Origin: Ascidiella aspersa
Lineage: Eukaryota
DNA length: 64,000 bases
Direction: 5' to 3'
Assembly: GCA_963924565.1 (NCBI GenBank)
Contig: OZ004607.1
Coordinates: 6,510,001 to 6,574,000 of the forward strand
Shown here: positions 12,501-27,500 of the stretch, one piece after another
Numbering within the stretch: position 1 is the first letter of the stretch
How the letters are laid out: each line of letters begins with the position of its first letter
Notes under the pieces: generated by a model
What the model saw: the letters and a program-made list of their open reading frames with translations, nothing else
What the model was told of the DNA's origin: nothing
Database searches by the model: none
Program-made: the position numbers and the translations under genes

Positions 12501-15500
12501 GGTTAAATGACTTGACTTGACTTAAGTCGTTTTGGTAAAATGACTTGACTTGACTTAAGTTGTTTTGGTAAAATGACTAGACTTGACTTAAGTCGTTTTG
12601 GTTAAATGACTTGATTTTAAAATTAAGTGTTTTCATTTAACATTTTATTATAAAATTGAGCTCTTTATGTGAAGTTTTACACATAAAACAATTAGATTCC
12701 TACGTTTTTTTGTTATCTTTTGGTTGAATTATTGCTTATAATAATCAATTTCACAAAATGACTTGTTTACAACACTGGCGTTTAACAAGTCGAAAGCACC
12801 CTTGGTTAAAATTTTGAGCAATTTAAAATTATTTTAAGCTAGAGCAAATAAACATTTCATAGCTTCAGACTACACAAAAATAACAAAAATGGCATCCTTA
12901 AGTTTAATGGTGTTTACCCTGATACCGCTTTTTAAGCTAACCAAAAGTTATACTTATGTTTAAGAGCTCTATAAATGCTGGGAGAAAATCTAAAACGCAA
13001 TGGACAAAAACAAACCACTCTATGCGTTATTTGCTGAGTGCATTTTTGCTGGGTATCCAACTTGAAAACTGGCTTTCAAAAACTCGTGTTTCATTTTAGG
13101 GAATTACACCGAGGCAATTTCCCTGTACGAGGGCGTCACCAACTCGGCCCCGCCCGGAACTTGCAAGTGGGCGTGGCTCCGACTCGGACTCTGTCGCCTT
13201 AACACGAAAGACGCAAGCGCGGCCATTAAGTGCTTTCTAGCTGCACTGAGGGCAGATTCGGAAGACCAGTAAGTTCAAATCTTAAATGTAAAATTGAGGG
13301 TTTGTGTCTGGAGACGGGGATTCGAACGTTTTTTGCACAATGTGCACGCGAAATTGTGCAAAAAATTTACGCACATTTTAAAATGCCTTCAAAACATGCG
13401 CACTTTTTTCAGAATGTGCGCACATTTTGAAATAGATAATGCAAGCACAATTAACTCTAACTCTAAAATATTCCAGTCCACTTGCAAATTTTGTACCGGA
13501 TAATTGAAACCGCTAATTGTTGTTTTCTATATATATATATGCCACTATAGAAAATTACATAGCTGGGATAATTGCGGTCCCTTGTAATAGAATGAACTTA
13601 TAAACGAAAACGGTACCGACATAAACAGTTGTGTAAAACGACAAAAACTGATCAATAGATTACAAAGTTTATTGAGACAGTTTAACTTGCTTCTCCTTAT
13701 TCTGTACTTTTTCTATTTTGTGTTGAAAACGTTTCATTTTGCGAACCCCCATTAAACTGCTTCACAGGCCCACTTTGGCAAGCACTGTTCGATAGAGCAA
13801 TAGTTAATTTCTCACTGCTTTCAGTATTTGCTGGGAGTGCTTGGGTGAGGGCTACATGAACAGGGGAAGCTACACAGCCGCTTGGAAGGCATTCAACAAA
13901 GCTCACCAGCTCTGTCCTACGTCGGTGTACAGCGTTTACCAGATGGCCTCAGTCAAGCAGGTTAGTAGTCAGTATACTGAACAGTGAACACGATTAAAAG
14001 GGTTTGAACAAACTAAAGTCTTTAAATATTGAACAATTCGTTATTGTGTCGACCATGACTTTCATACTGTTTTGTTGTCGTATTGTATTCGAAACACGTT
14101 GAGTGATCCAATTTTAGGTTTTAAAAACAGTTAAATTTTCTTTGAAACGTCTTCAAATGTCTTCGAATTGATTTCATAAAAATCTGTGGCAACCCTGGTT
14201 AAGGTATTTCAATTTTATGTTTTATCATAAATTCAATTTTATGTTGTCGAGTTTTGTCCCATTTAGAAAGAAGTGAAAGACAGAAACAATTTTTAGTAGG
14301 TTTACTAATTATAACATCGCCAATTAAGCTTGTGGCGTATTTTGGCTTGTGTCAACAAAGCAGGTAAATCAATAAGGCGAAATATCCATTGGTCGACATT
14401 CAATAATTCCATTCACAACTGCTTCATTCTTATTTGCCTTCAATTTCAATTTATATTTCACGGCCCTGAATATTTATAATTATGTCACCATATTATTTGT
14501 ATTTCATTCGAAAAATTCATTCGTCTTGCTCGAATACTAAGTTCCAATTAAATCGATAGGTTAGTTTGGGACATCCAAAGGCCATTTAACCAATTGGTTT
14601 TATAAACTACAGTTTTTTGGTCCTTAAAAACATTAATACACTCGCGTCTGATAACATTTTAATCAAAGATAGATATCGCCAAGTGTGATTACTAACCGTG
14701 ACTATTGTCTAAGTATCGGCCCGGCGACGAAACCTAATCTGTATCCGAAAAGTACTGCAACTACCACTTGGTGTAGTGTATAGGCTACAGTCAATATCGG
14801 ACATGCATTTGTTTCACAGTTCAAAGCCGATCTTATCAAAGCATACAATTTCAGATTCTAGGTCAACACTGCGATGCGGTTTCCGAGTTTGAAGACGTTC
14901 TCACCTTGGTAGCCGACTACGTTCCGGCATTGAAAGGTAACCGCTTATAGCAGGAGTCACCAAACTACGGCTCGCGAGCCCAATCCGGCCAGCCAATGTA
15001 GTACATCCGGCTCGTGGCACATTTTATAGTGGACCCAACATACAGTTATTAATGGTTTATAAATGGGAAAGTTTATCGGGTGCAAATCCACGCTAAATGT
15101 TGATGAAACTTTAAAGTAAACTTCGACGGTTACATGAAGCGCATTTTAGAATATGGGGAATACTTTATGGTTTTCTTTGATTAATTCTAATAAAGCTAAA
15201 TAAGTTCGGCACAAAAGTTTAAAGCCGTCCCGCGATTGCTACAGTCTTTACAGTTACCAGGCTCAAAAATTGTGATCCTTGGTTAATGAAAGCCACGATT
15301 TTACCCAAGACTCGTCGAACACATTATTATTCTCTAGACCCGATTCGAATCCATTATTGCTAAATTTAAATAAATATTTATTTTAATACTTTTTAGCACG
15401 ATTTTCTTTATACTCGATTTCAACCAAACGGTATTAGATAACAGTGTTGTCTATGACAAGTGGCTATAATACTTAGTTTTTAAGTTAGTTCGTTGTTACT

Positions 15501-18500
15501 GCAGTAAAAAAAGACCACACTAGAACCTGCGATAAAAAGGCATGAGAAAAATAAGCAAACGGCAAAACAACGATTTTATAAATCCGGTTCGGTCTAGTGT
15601 CGCTACAAGAGAAAGAATAAAAAAAAATGGTAAAAAAGCGAGGTAAAATATATAAAATTGTGTTACTCCCGAAGGCAATGAAACTAAATGCGTATGACAG
15701 TTTTCGATAACTGTTTTTGAAATTCTGTTAAAATCCTTCAGGTTTGTCGGAGAGTCACCTGGCAATCGCCCGTCAAATGTTGTGCGAGGGAAGAGACCGA
15801 ACCTGCCTCGATCATCTGGAAGCGGCCGTTGTTTGCCTAGTAAAGGCCGCCACATCACGGTTTGGCTAAGTCTGAGTTTATGTTGATGTATAGTTATTTT
15901 TTTCGGTCGACGCATAGTACTTTTTTTCGGTCGACGCATAATACTAGTCGTGTAGCGTAAGAACAGGGCCGTATCGCTAAAAAAAATCAAACCGCCGTTT
16001 TCGGCAAATTATGTTTAATTATATAGCAACATGTTTACATCTTCATAGCTTGTATACTATCAAGACTGGTTTAGCATCTTAGTGAGTATACATAGACACT
16101 TTAAAATTATCCGCCTCAAGTTGTTTATTTATGTTTCTTTTTCGATCCCTTACCCAGTTAAGACGACAATTCCAAAAAGCCTACGGCCTTTCTAAACTAT
16201 ATTTTTTTTTTGTTTTTTACACGACATTACCCTTTACACCAGGGATGTCCAACATTTTATTATAGTGGGCCGCATTGACACTTAAAATAATTTAATGGCC
16301 CGCAGAACCTATTAAGTTTCAAGATTAAGTATTGCTCTTTAGAGTATAACGGACCTTTATAATTATATATATATATATTACCCATACTATACTATTAGTG
16401 CGCCCCTAAAAGCTTACTGGTACGTTTTAATTAGGCTAATATTGAAAGTTTAAAATACTACTTGAAAATGAAAGGGAGTGAAAATGACTAGCGGGCCGCA
16501 CAAAAATTTCAGACGGGCCGCAATGTGGCCCGCAGGCCGCAAGTTGGACATCCCTGCTTTGCACCTTTAGATCAAAAATGTAAACACCAGCTGCGCATAA
16601 GAGTATTTCTGTGTATCTACGGTTATGACCTTGTGAATTTATCTGACTAACCGAACGGCATATTTTCATCCCAGTCTCAATTACATTATATTGGATCATA
16701 TCCCTGCCATAAAAATGTGTGTGTGTATAATTAACTCTTCTGAAGTTGTACAGTGTCCCGCATAATGTCAGACCTATAACGTTGTTGTACCTTTTAACGC
16801 ACCGCAAAAGCCACGGCAAACCCGCCGCAACCAGACTTGGAAAACTAGATTTATTTTAGCTTTTTAAAATTAAATTACAATAAAAATTAGAGCATTTCCG
16901 TTTTTCCGAATTATATTAAAATCAGATCATTTTGTGATTTCTCAAATTAGATTAAAATTACCGAATTATTAAATCAACGAATTTGAATTAGAATTACATT
17001 TGATTATTCACAATCAATTACATTTATTTCGAGAAGTATTTAAGAATATGAATGGTAAATACATGTGTGCTATTTTTTAGGCCTTTTAGCATATAGCATA
17101 TACTTTTTAGACTGAAAATTGCATCCCAACCAAAGAGTTTAATAAAGTCAAATACTATGTGTTGAATAAGAGACTAAAATTGTCGTTGGACCAATTAGCA
17201 TTTTGGTGAAACCCGAATTAGATTAGAACTAGAATTTGAGCACACACGCATTTAACAAACTTGATTAGAACTGCAATTGGCCGCTTTTTGCTCTAATTCA
17301 TTGAATTAGCAAACTAGAATTATCTAGTTGTCCAAGTCTGGCCGCAGCCACTTTTGAAGCTTCAGAGCGTTTAACCGACTCTTGTGCGCCAACAGCGGCG
17401 AAATGTCTTGTCTCTGGAAACTTCTCGGCGACTGTTTCACAACGGTTCATCCGCTCCACGCGAGCCAAGTGCAGCTGAGCATACCGGTCGCTCTATGTCC
17501 TCAACGCGACAACGAACAAAGTTCGCAAGGCACAATCATACTCGGCAAGTCAGAAGTAAGTCGAAATATGGTCTTGACCCGGTAATGTGTGACTGGTGAG
17601 ACGGGTAGCCTGAGTTTGTGAAATGTAACGTTGCGCAAAAAATACTGGATTCCCCTTAACGTGGCCTGGCACAGGTTGGCCGAGTTGTCGAATGTGTATT
17701 TTATTCTATGCAAACATTGTTACTGTTGTTAAAATTGTTCTTCCGAAAAATATTTTTTATTAGGATAACCTATACGGAATTTTCTTTAGGGCGATGATAT
17801 TGCAACTGGGCGAAAAATATATATAGGAGTCAAACAATAAAGAAAACCCAATGAAACACGGTTTACAAGACTATGGTTGCAATATCATTGTCTTAAATTA
17901 AAAAGTACATTAAATAAATACAAGTCCCGGAAGAACAATTTTACACTTGATACAATGCTTGCAACAGTATAATAGTTGTTGCTATTGTTAGGGACAAAAA
18001 CCTGTGTTAAAAACATGTTAAGGGTTACCGCAACTGAAAGAGTGTGTTTATATAATTTATTGAGATAACCTAGCCGTGTGCTACCCCATTCAGTTTCATT
18101 TTTGAGCCACACAAGAAGTAATAAAATTTCAAACCAGTTCAACAAAAGCTGCTGTAAAAGGATTTTCAGAATACCTTAAACCTCGAAAACTCAGACTCAC
18201 CGAATCTGTCGATCAATAACACAAGCGACTCCCTCCTCTCTGAGCCTATGTATAGTACTAGCTCAGTTGGTAGAGCGACGGTCCCGGTATGGCTGGTCGT
18301 GACTTCTAACCTAAGAAAGTCGTGACTTCTAACCTCACTGCAGGCTATGCTGTTTTTCTAGCCTGCCTTGCTCGCATCATTGATCAGCAGATTCGGTGAG
18401 TCTGCGATAACTTTTCGATGTACTAATTATACGTAAGCCGTAGTCGTTGGTCAAAAAGCAGCTTTAGAAGGGCTAGATCACAGTTGTTAACACACATATG

Positions 18501-21500
18501 TGCGACTGTGCAGTATGCATTTTGCATTGAATAACCTCTTGAGTAAATTGCCCAGACTTTGCGGCTGGGAGCGAAGTGCTACTCCAGGTCAATTTCGCTC
18601 CTTGACGAGAGCGCCAGCTTGTGGTACGATCTCGGCGTCAATCTCTTCCGCCAGGCGACAGCAGAGAGCGACCTTACTACGGCCACCAAACTGGCCGAAA
18701 AGTCGATTCTGGTTTGTTTTTTGTTTTGCTTTCCGTTTCAGTAGATGTTTCTTGACAAAATAACCTCTTTTTCTGAGTCGATTTAAGTTTATTGAATAAT
18801 TGTTTATATATTTATTCATGTAACTATAATGCAGGGTTACCACAAAGTCTTTGAATCTTTAAAATTCTTTCAATTGATTCACCTGTTATTAAAAAGTCTT
18901 TAAAACATCCCATGTTTTTCCTAAAGTCTTTGAAAAGTCTTTGAATTTGTTTTATGTCCGGCTTAAGTTATTTGTTTCGAAAGGTACAATAAAAACAATT
19001 GCAAAAAAACTTATTTTTAATTGTGTTGACCTTGGCACCGATACTGTTGTGTTTTCAATTTATACTTTAAAACGTTAAGCGATCAAATTTAAGGTCTTTA
19101 AAAACCTTCAAATTAAAAAAAAAAGTCTCTAAATTAAAAAAAGGTCTCTAAATTAAAAAAAAAAGGTCTCTAAAATAATAAAAAAAAAGGTCTCTAAATG
19201 TTTTTACATATTTTTCATAAATTTGTGTGACAACCATAAATTAAAAAACATCCAAGAACGGCGAAAATTATTATTTTTTTAACATACACAAAGTACTTAT
19301 TTATATGTTTTGTTAAACGCTTGCCTTCTGGTTTGTTGATAAGCAAGTTGTGTAATGGTCCACATGTTGTTTCCAGACTCTACAAAAGGCGCTGACCCTG
19401 GATCCAGATAACTACATGTTCTGGAACGGCCTTGGAGTGACAGCTGCCTCCAAATACATTGAGGTATGCACATATCGCACCTCGAATTGAACAACTAGAT
19501 TTATTTTAGCTTTTTAAAATTAGATTAGAATTAAAATTAAAGCATTTCAATTTTTCCAAATTAGTCTAAAATTTAAATAAGATCAATTTTGTTTTCTCAA
19601 ATTAGAATTAATATTACCACATTCTTGAAAAGCAGAATTTAAACTAGAGTTTGAACTAGAAGTACATTTAATTATGCACGATCAATTTCATTTAAATCGC
19701 AATTTATTCTTATAAGAATATAAATGGTTAATATTTGTGTGTTGATTTTAGGTGTTTTAGCATAGCATATGCTTTTCAGACTAAAAATCCAAACAGTCGT
19801 TTCAAACAAAGCGTAATAATCTAAATCATTGTTATGACCGAGAGAAGAAAAATGCTGTTGGACAAAGTAGCATTTTGGTAACATCTGAATTATTAGAACT
19901 GCAATTAGACACCACAAGCAATTAACAAATTAGATTAGAATTAGAACAAGCCGCATTGATTCATTGAACTAAAACACTAGCATAATCTAGTTGTCTAAGT
20001 CTGGCTGCACTCACGTAGCATATTATAAACTTAACCCGTCTATCCCATGCGGTCGAACATTTAAATCAAGTTGTATATCGTGAAGCTTGTAAAACTCAAA
20101 AACATAGTTAAGATGTGAACAAACAGCAAATCTAAGTTGAAGCAAAACAAAACGGAGAAAACCGTGAAATACCAAAAATTCTGTTTTATAACTACTTTTT
20201 TAAGGAAAACATCAATAAAAAGTATGTCCCAACTGAACGTGACGCTTAAGGTACACATCAAGCACATATGATGTGTTATGTATTGCGTAAAGTTATTCAA
20301 GCATAAGGGGATATACAGGGGATAAATTTAGCATTTAGGAAGTAAGTATATCGAAACCCTTAGGAGGGGGAGCGATAAAATGGTCCAGACAGGATTAGGT
20401 AAATCCAATTAAACGTAACGTAAATATTAACAACTCGACTTTACGCAGAACTGGTCTCTGGCTCAGCACGCCTTTATCAAGTCGATCGAGTGCGAGTCGA
20501 ACAACTCGGGTGCATGGAGCAACCTTGGCTGCCTCTACTTGCTGCACTCGCAAGTCGAACTCGCACATAAAGCCTTCAAGGTCGCACAGAGCCTAGAACC
20601 GTCCTTCACCAACAGCTGGATCGGGCAGGTTAGATATAATGTTGAAGAGGGGTTCTTAAACTTTTTTTTAACTTGGACCAATGTTGGCAAGAAATTTCTA
20701 AGAAATGGCGTCAATAAACAAGTAGACTTTGGAAACCTGCTGATTTAGGTCGATGATATGCGCAACTAAAAAAACGATTTTTGTAATTATGCACTCGCAC
20801 CACTATGTCGTGATGAGATTCCTTAACGCGTACCTTTAAGAGTCCATTGACTCCATTTTAAGAACCGCTTGGTTAGACGTTTGAACGTGATGTTAGAAGT
20901 AACGCGTTCTTTTTAGTAAATCGTGTTGTTTTAGTTAACTAGCAGCTTTTATTTTTCAGGTAGTGGCCGTAGTCCACACCTTACTATTGTCATATTTAGA
21001 GTCATTGCGCGTATTTCTGTAACTATGACAGCAAATGTTTAGTAATCCTCATTTGTTTTTTGCCTTAGTTATGTTATGTTCGTTCCTAAAAACTTAAGCT
21101 TACCTCCGTAAAGAACCCTTTGTAGTTTTTAATTTTCTTGGCGACTAGATTACTGATTTCAGTCTGCTGTTAAAACTGGCCAAGAGTAGCCAAATGGTGT
21201 TTGGATCCATTCGTCGATGATGGTCTTGCTTTACTAATCAAGCTTTTTCTTTCTTTAACCGATACATCATTTATATAATTTTTAGAAATCTGTTAAATTT
21301 TTTTCACGTCCACTCAAAAGTTATATTCGTGGTTGGCCGTTTTTTTAGTTTTTTTTTTAAATTAGAAGTGATCTATTGTTGTATGCTAATTAGAAGAGCC
21401 TTTAACGATCATCGCGTGGCTAATCGTAATATAATAAAGACTTCCCGTTCCACTCCGTTTAATAATATTACTAAGTTTCGTCGTAAGCTAAACCCAATCA

Positions 21501-24500
21501 TATATTAATTTAACAATAAGACCGTTGTGCATCTTTTTCCTTGTGTCAGACAATTGCTATCTTTTTAACGATTAGCCTTTTAAAAAATTCACATTTTAAC
21601 ACATAATATTCCCAATCTAACACACAAGCGTCCACCCCCTTCTAAATTTTAACATTGAAAAAACCTTCCCTGCATTATTTCCTATACTTATAACATCTTG
21701 TCTTTCTTTCAGGCGTTGGTGGCTGAGAGCATCGGTAGCGAAGAGACGATGGACCTTTTCCGGCACGCAACTGAACTTGGTTTGCACGTGCAAGCTGCTA
21801 CAGGTGAGATACTACAGCAGCGCTGTGCTATTGTTTACATGCCGGGCTGCCACACTCTTTCAATGTAATGGAATAAGAAACTTTTATCGACTTGACCTTC
21901 TCGCCAAAGTAAGAAATTAAAGCGTTTTTAGGCTCCTGGAAAAAAAAAAACAGGATTAGCCCTCACCGATTTGTGATAGGTTTTATTTTGTGTTGTTGTC
22001 TAAAGATTTAAATATTTTGAGCAAAAAAAAATTAAAACTAAGATTATGTGTCAGCTGAAAATCGTATTTAATCACGGATGCTAAATTGTGTTTAATTACG
22101 TTGGCTTTGTTCCAAAATATATCCTCGTCAAATGTAGTTCAAGTCGAGTGCGATTTGTTTTGTTATTCCTAAATATAGCTATAGAAGGTTATTTACCAAT
22201 GTGATAAAGCAACCATTAAGATATTTGGTATCGTAAATACTTTATAAATGTTAAGCAATATAGCATGAAAATAAATTATTTGTTTTTTTCTCTTTTTGCT
22301 AAATCTAGCCAAAATGTATATATATATATATATATATTGTTTTATTTTGGGAGCACAATGGTTGGAGGTTGTAGTTGGACGTAGTAAGAATAGTAAAGCC
22401 CATAAAACGTTTCGATTATCTTTAATTTCAACTTTTATTTTCAATGTTGAAAATTTTCTATTGTTACTTTATTGTTACTTTATACAAAGGACGTGTTTTT
22501 ATGGAATCCAAAACCATTGGCCGCAGGTTTTTGCTTGTCGATCACTGTTCCGCTGACGCGTATATTAACAATCAAACTCAAAGTTTAAAATTAAGGAACT
22601 GACGATGCCGGTATCGGCGAAATATATATTCCTTTAAAATATGTCTGATCCTGATCTGGTTTTTAAACTTTGAGTTTTATTGTCTATTGTTACTTAATTG
22701 TAACACATTAAAAATAATAATTCCCAAACTTATCTCCAGGTTACGGTTATTGGGTTTGCCAAACTCTGTCGGAATGCGTGGATCGCTCCAGCCCACAGTA
22801 CAAGGACTCAATACACGATGTTAACGCTGTCAGCACGGCCCTCACTCACCTGTCCAAGTTCTGCGCGCGAAAGCCAGACTGGTACGTTTCTTTCCAAGTT
22901 TATTTTGTATATATATTACAGGGCGGGTCGCGAAATCACTTTTTTTTAAATCCATCTGCCTCAAATAGATTTTGATAGATAAAAACCCAAAACCGTCGTA
23001 TACAAAATTTAGGTCCATTTGACCGAAAATTGAGTTAATTTTTTGCCAAAAATTGCAAAATTGGATTAAAATACAAAATTTCAGGTTATGTTTAATCCAT
23101 ATTTTTTCAGTGAAATTCATTTGGTATGGGCTTTTTCTTGCTTTTTTAGAAGTTATCGACTTACGAAAGAAAGCTAAATTTTCACTTGAAAATATAGATT
23201 AGGCATATATTATCGTTACTATAGTAGCTGAAACATTCACAAAATGTGTATATTCTGTGATCAAGCATATCTGGAATCGTACTGACTTACGGTAACGGTA
23301 CACCTTATCCTGACTTAGCCGACTGATTTTGGTAAGCCTTTTCGAGGGCATCGTCGTTACCAGTAGTTTTACTTAAAGGGGTGAAAAAATAACGCTAGGT
23401 TTATTTTCGGATAGTTATCAGGGAGCTATGTGCATTAGAATCATTGTAAAAGTGCCTCAAACCAATATTATAATCAAGTCATTCTGAAATTACTGAAGTC
23501 CCAGACAAATCATTTAATTTCAATTTCCAATACAAGTCTTTTGCAAAAACGAACGAGTCAAGAAGCTCCACTTCAACTAATTGTTCAGTTGCCCGAATCA
23601 AGTCCTAACTATAAAGTGATTATTAAAGCAAGTCAACTTCAAGTCAAATCACTGATATAAAAATAAAACCATTGACATACAAATAAAACCTTTCACTAGG
23701 AAACTGATAAACTCGCCTGTGTATGAGCAATATCTGAACAAAAAAAACGCAAATCTATAGCAAGTAAGTTGTTTTAGATGCAAAAATTTAAATAAATTTA
23801 ACCCAATTTTATTGCAAAATATTAAAAAAAAACGCCTAAAGGTTTTTGACACAATGACCAAAGTCAAGTAATTTGTCCAAAAATCCAAAAGTCAAGTCAT
23901 TTACAAAAACAGTGACTTAAGTGCACTCAAGTCATTACAACACTGCCCAACTAAGAAAACAACACTGCCCAACTAAGAATACTACTTTGAATTTACACGA
24001 AAATAAAATATTGCTCTAGTACTGCAAAGCTCCAACCTCCATGTCACAAACGCAGCCTGTTCTTTTACTTTCTAGTGCCTGGGCTCTGACCCTATACGGC
24101 TATCTTCTGGAGGAATCCAGTTTAAACCGGTCTGCGCTGGATGTTTACCGCCGTGCGGTGGACGCTTGTCGGTCAAAACTGGATTCAGGCGACTCGTCCT
24201 TTACAGCTCTTCTGCGCAAGGCGAAAGGAAACTACGCACGGATGCTAAGGTTTTTGAAATGCTACCGGAATTTTTTTATTTATAAATAATGTACCAAGGA
24301 AAGCCAAGTTTGTTTTCAATTTTAAAACTCCAAAAATAACGTGCTTCTACGAAAAACTCGCAGAATATGCGGCGAGTTTAACGAAGCGTTGGCGATTTAC
24401 AACGGAGATCTGCCGACAAACGATTTTCACGAACTCTGTGCATTTGCGCTGACTCAAGAAAAGCTTCGAGACTACAAACAGGCAATGGACACTTACACAC

Positions 24501-27500
24501 GGGTAAGTGTCATACCTTAATGGTCGAACATGGCTTAAAAATGTTTTTTTTTTGGTTTGAATAGATAACATTTCTGAAAATATATTCCTCGTTATGTATT
24601 TGTGATATAGATTAACTTTAACTCTACCGAATGTCATTTGTTTGACTTGAAACTTGGTTGATTGTTGAGTTATTGTTTGGCAAATCGGACTTAAACATAA
24701 TTTTTCACACATAAAACTCCTCGCTTTTTTATCGATGTTGATAATGCAAAACACTGCCTGAAATTACCCAGTTTTAATACTTTATTATTTATTGAAAATT
24801 TCAAAGAATTTTGGTAAAAATCACAGCTTACTACATTTTACAACACTGTATAATACAGTGCATTCAATCATTGACAACATGCAGCGTAACTATATTATAC
24901 ACAACTATAAGGGCCTAATGGAACCAAAACCGTTGGCAGCAGGTTTCTGCTCGTCGATCACTGAACCGCTGACGCGTATATGAACAACCGAACTCAGAGT
25001 TTAAAAACTTACTAAAACCAGGATCAGACATTTTTTCAAGGAATATTTGTTTCGTCCATACTGGCATCGTCAGTTCTTATAAGTACTTACGTATAGTCAC
25101 TGACGATGCCCGTAAGGGCCTATTATGTATCCCTTGAAAAAATGCCTGATTCTGTTTTTTTTATCGTGATTTATACACGCAACTCTTATGTTTTTAAAAA
25201 CAAATTATTTGTAGTGATGCCTTTAAGGCGAAAATTTGTTATATATACCTCTACGTGATTCTGTCCAAATCTTCATCTTCAGTGTTCAGAGCTGACCTCT
25301 AGCGACAAGAAAAAGGCCCAGGTAGCCGTTGCCATGGCAGCAGTGTCGTGGAAACTCGGGAAAGCGGATGAGGGGAAGAAACTTCTCGAGCCCTGGCTTA
25401 AAATCTCCTTGTTGGCTCGACAAGTGCAAGCTGCCATTGGTAAGCCTATTGAAGGTTATATAATATTTATATTATACATATATGAGCAAGATGACATTAT
25501 TTAAATTACACATTGAGGAAGAAGCATTTTAAACGTGCGTGTACTGTATGCGCATGTCCGCACAAACAATTGTTAAATTAAATTAGAAACAAACTTGAAA
25601 TATATCTATATATTTTTTTTATTTGCATTGCAACCACTTTTCCATGAACGTCTACAATTTTACATAGCGGATACAACTACAATGCCTTTACTATGGTGTG
25701 TGACTGTGTGTGCGTGCGTGTGTAAAAATTACCATAAATAACGCGTTTTAACCCATATCAGCTTATCTTCGAATAATCATACTAATGTAAGTAAAACAAT
25801 GTGAAGCCAATTTTTCGCTGAAATCGCCATTTAACAACCACATTAATCAACTACGAAGTCAAAAAGGTCGAGTAGATCGACATCATCTTGATTAAGGTGT
25901 TTTCGATACAAAATTGTATCACCATTAGTCAAATGTCCAAGCTCGTATCGAAACGTCTTAATCAAGATGATGTCAATCTACTCGATCTTTTTGGCTTCGC
26001 AATTAATTATCAAGATACGTTACAGATCCGTGCATACTGTACCTAACTTTATTAAAGTTTTTTTTTCAATTTTTAATGCTTTGTAGAGCTTGCTGGAAAC
26101 ACGGCGGTCACGCTTGACTCGTCGCAACTCTTCGACCTGACGTCCACCGATCGTGACGCCACAATGCGCGATTGTTTGATCACAACCGCCGCTCTGTTGC
26201 GTCGAGATCCGGCCGAGGCATGCCGCGTGGTTCAAAAGTACATCAACAGGTCGGCGTTTTGTTTTGTCTCAGAAAATCCCCCACGATGTACTAATTTTAT
26301 AAGACGAACCTTTCTCTCTAAACTCTCAAAGTAAATTAGAGTGGGAACACACAATAAGACCTAAAAAGCAACAATACCAAGCAGAAAAAACCATGAAGCT
26401 ATAGTATTAAGACCAACGACATGATAAAGCCAAATGCGCAGTAATATCCAATACAGAATAAGATCGAAATCGTTTGAATAAGACCTAAATCTGCCGAAAT
26501 ACGTCCTAAATTCATCGGAATAAGACCTTAATGGCCAAAATAACGCCTGGAACTGTAGAGGCTATGCTACGATCCCCCATGATGTCTTGAACAAGAGTTT
26601 CTTAACCAGGGGTGCTGAAATTGTTCCTATGGGGTGTGGGGATGATTAATCAGACAAAGAAAATGTACTACTGTAATTTATTTCTTTGCTCAGTTAAATG
26701 TAAAACTCATTCACATTTTGGTATTGTGTTAGTGTGTTATCAGTTACTTCTATGAAAACATTTTAATAGTTTTGTTATTTAAACAATTCGGGGAGCGTGA
26801 ACTGTTTGGTGACTTAAAAGAGCTGCAGCACGAAAATTGGTTAAGAACCACTAGCCTTAACTTAAAAGATGAACCTTTCACTCCAAACTTTAATTAAAAA
26901 ACGATTTACAAAAAGTAACTATACTGTTTATGTTGTTATCCTATATTTTTTTATTGCTATTATGATGATTTGTCTTCGTAGGTCATGCTAGATAAAGTTC
27001 TTTGATCAGAATACTCTGTCGTTGATTGTCGTTGACTTTTACTTGCCTAACAGACACATACTTTAGCACTTTGCCTATTATTATGGACATATAGTCTGGT
27101 ACTTCACGTGCTAAGTACGGAAGCATAGCTTAACACTGTACGTTAGCACCTCACCCACTTGCAAGCTCGAATTTCAATTTAATTCGCGTCTACAAAAAAT
27201 GCTTCTTTGTCCAACGGCATTTTTAGTATCTCAGTCGAAACAAAGAATTTGAATTAAAACTCTTGTCAAAACCACTCCCAGGTGGATTTAAGTCTTAAAG
27301 GCGTAGAACACGTGAAAAGTACCAATATCAGCACATCAATATTTACGATTCACATTCTAATGAAAATAAATCGCAATTTCAACAAAATTAATTGTGAATT
27401 AATTAACTGTATTTTAGTTAAAACAATAGTCAATTGTCTTATTTAAAACTCGATTTACATTGTGTTGTTTTTAGATGCTGATGATGCTTTTAGTAGCAAA

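Noticed and set aside
12116-12615. CRISPR-like regular array
   Set aside because: Units are contiguous with no unique spacers, in a eukaryotic intron, with no cas genes. It is a minisatellite.
15520-15990. 156-aa minus-strand ORF
   Set aside because: Antisense shadow of TTC37 exon 13 plus a 19-bp direct repeat; no independent coding signal.
18255-18350. tRNA gene
   Set aside because: Only the A-box/D-arm is intact; the T-arm is mutated and duplicated, so it is treated as a SINE remnant.
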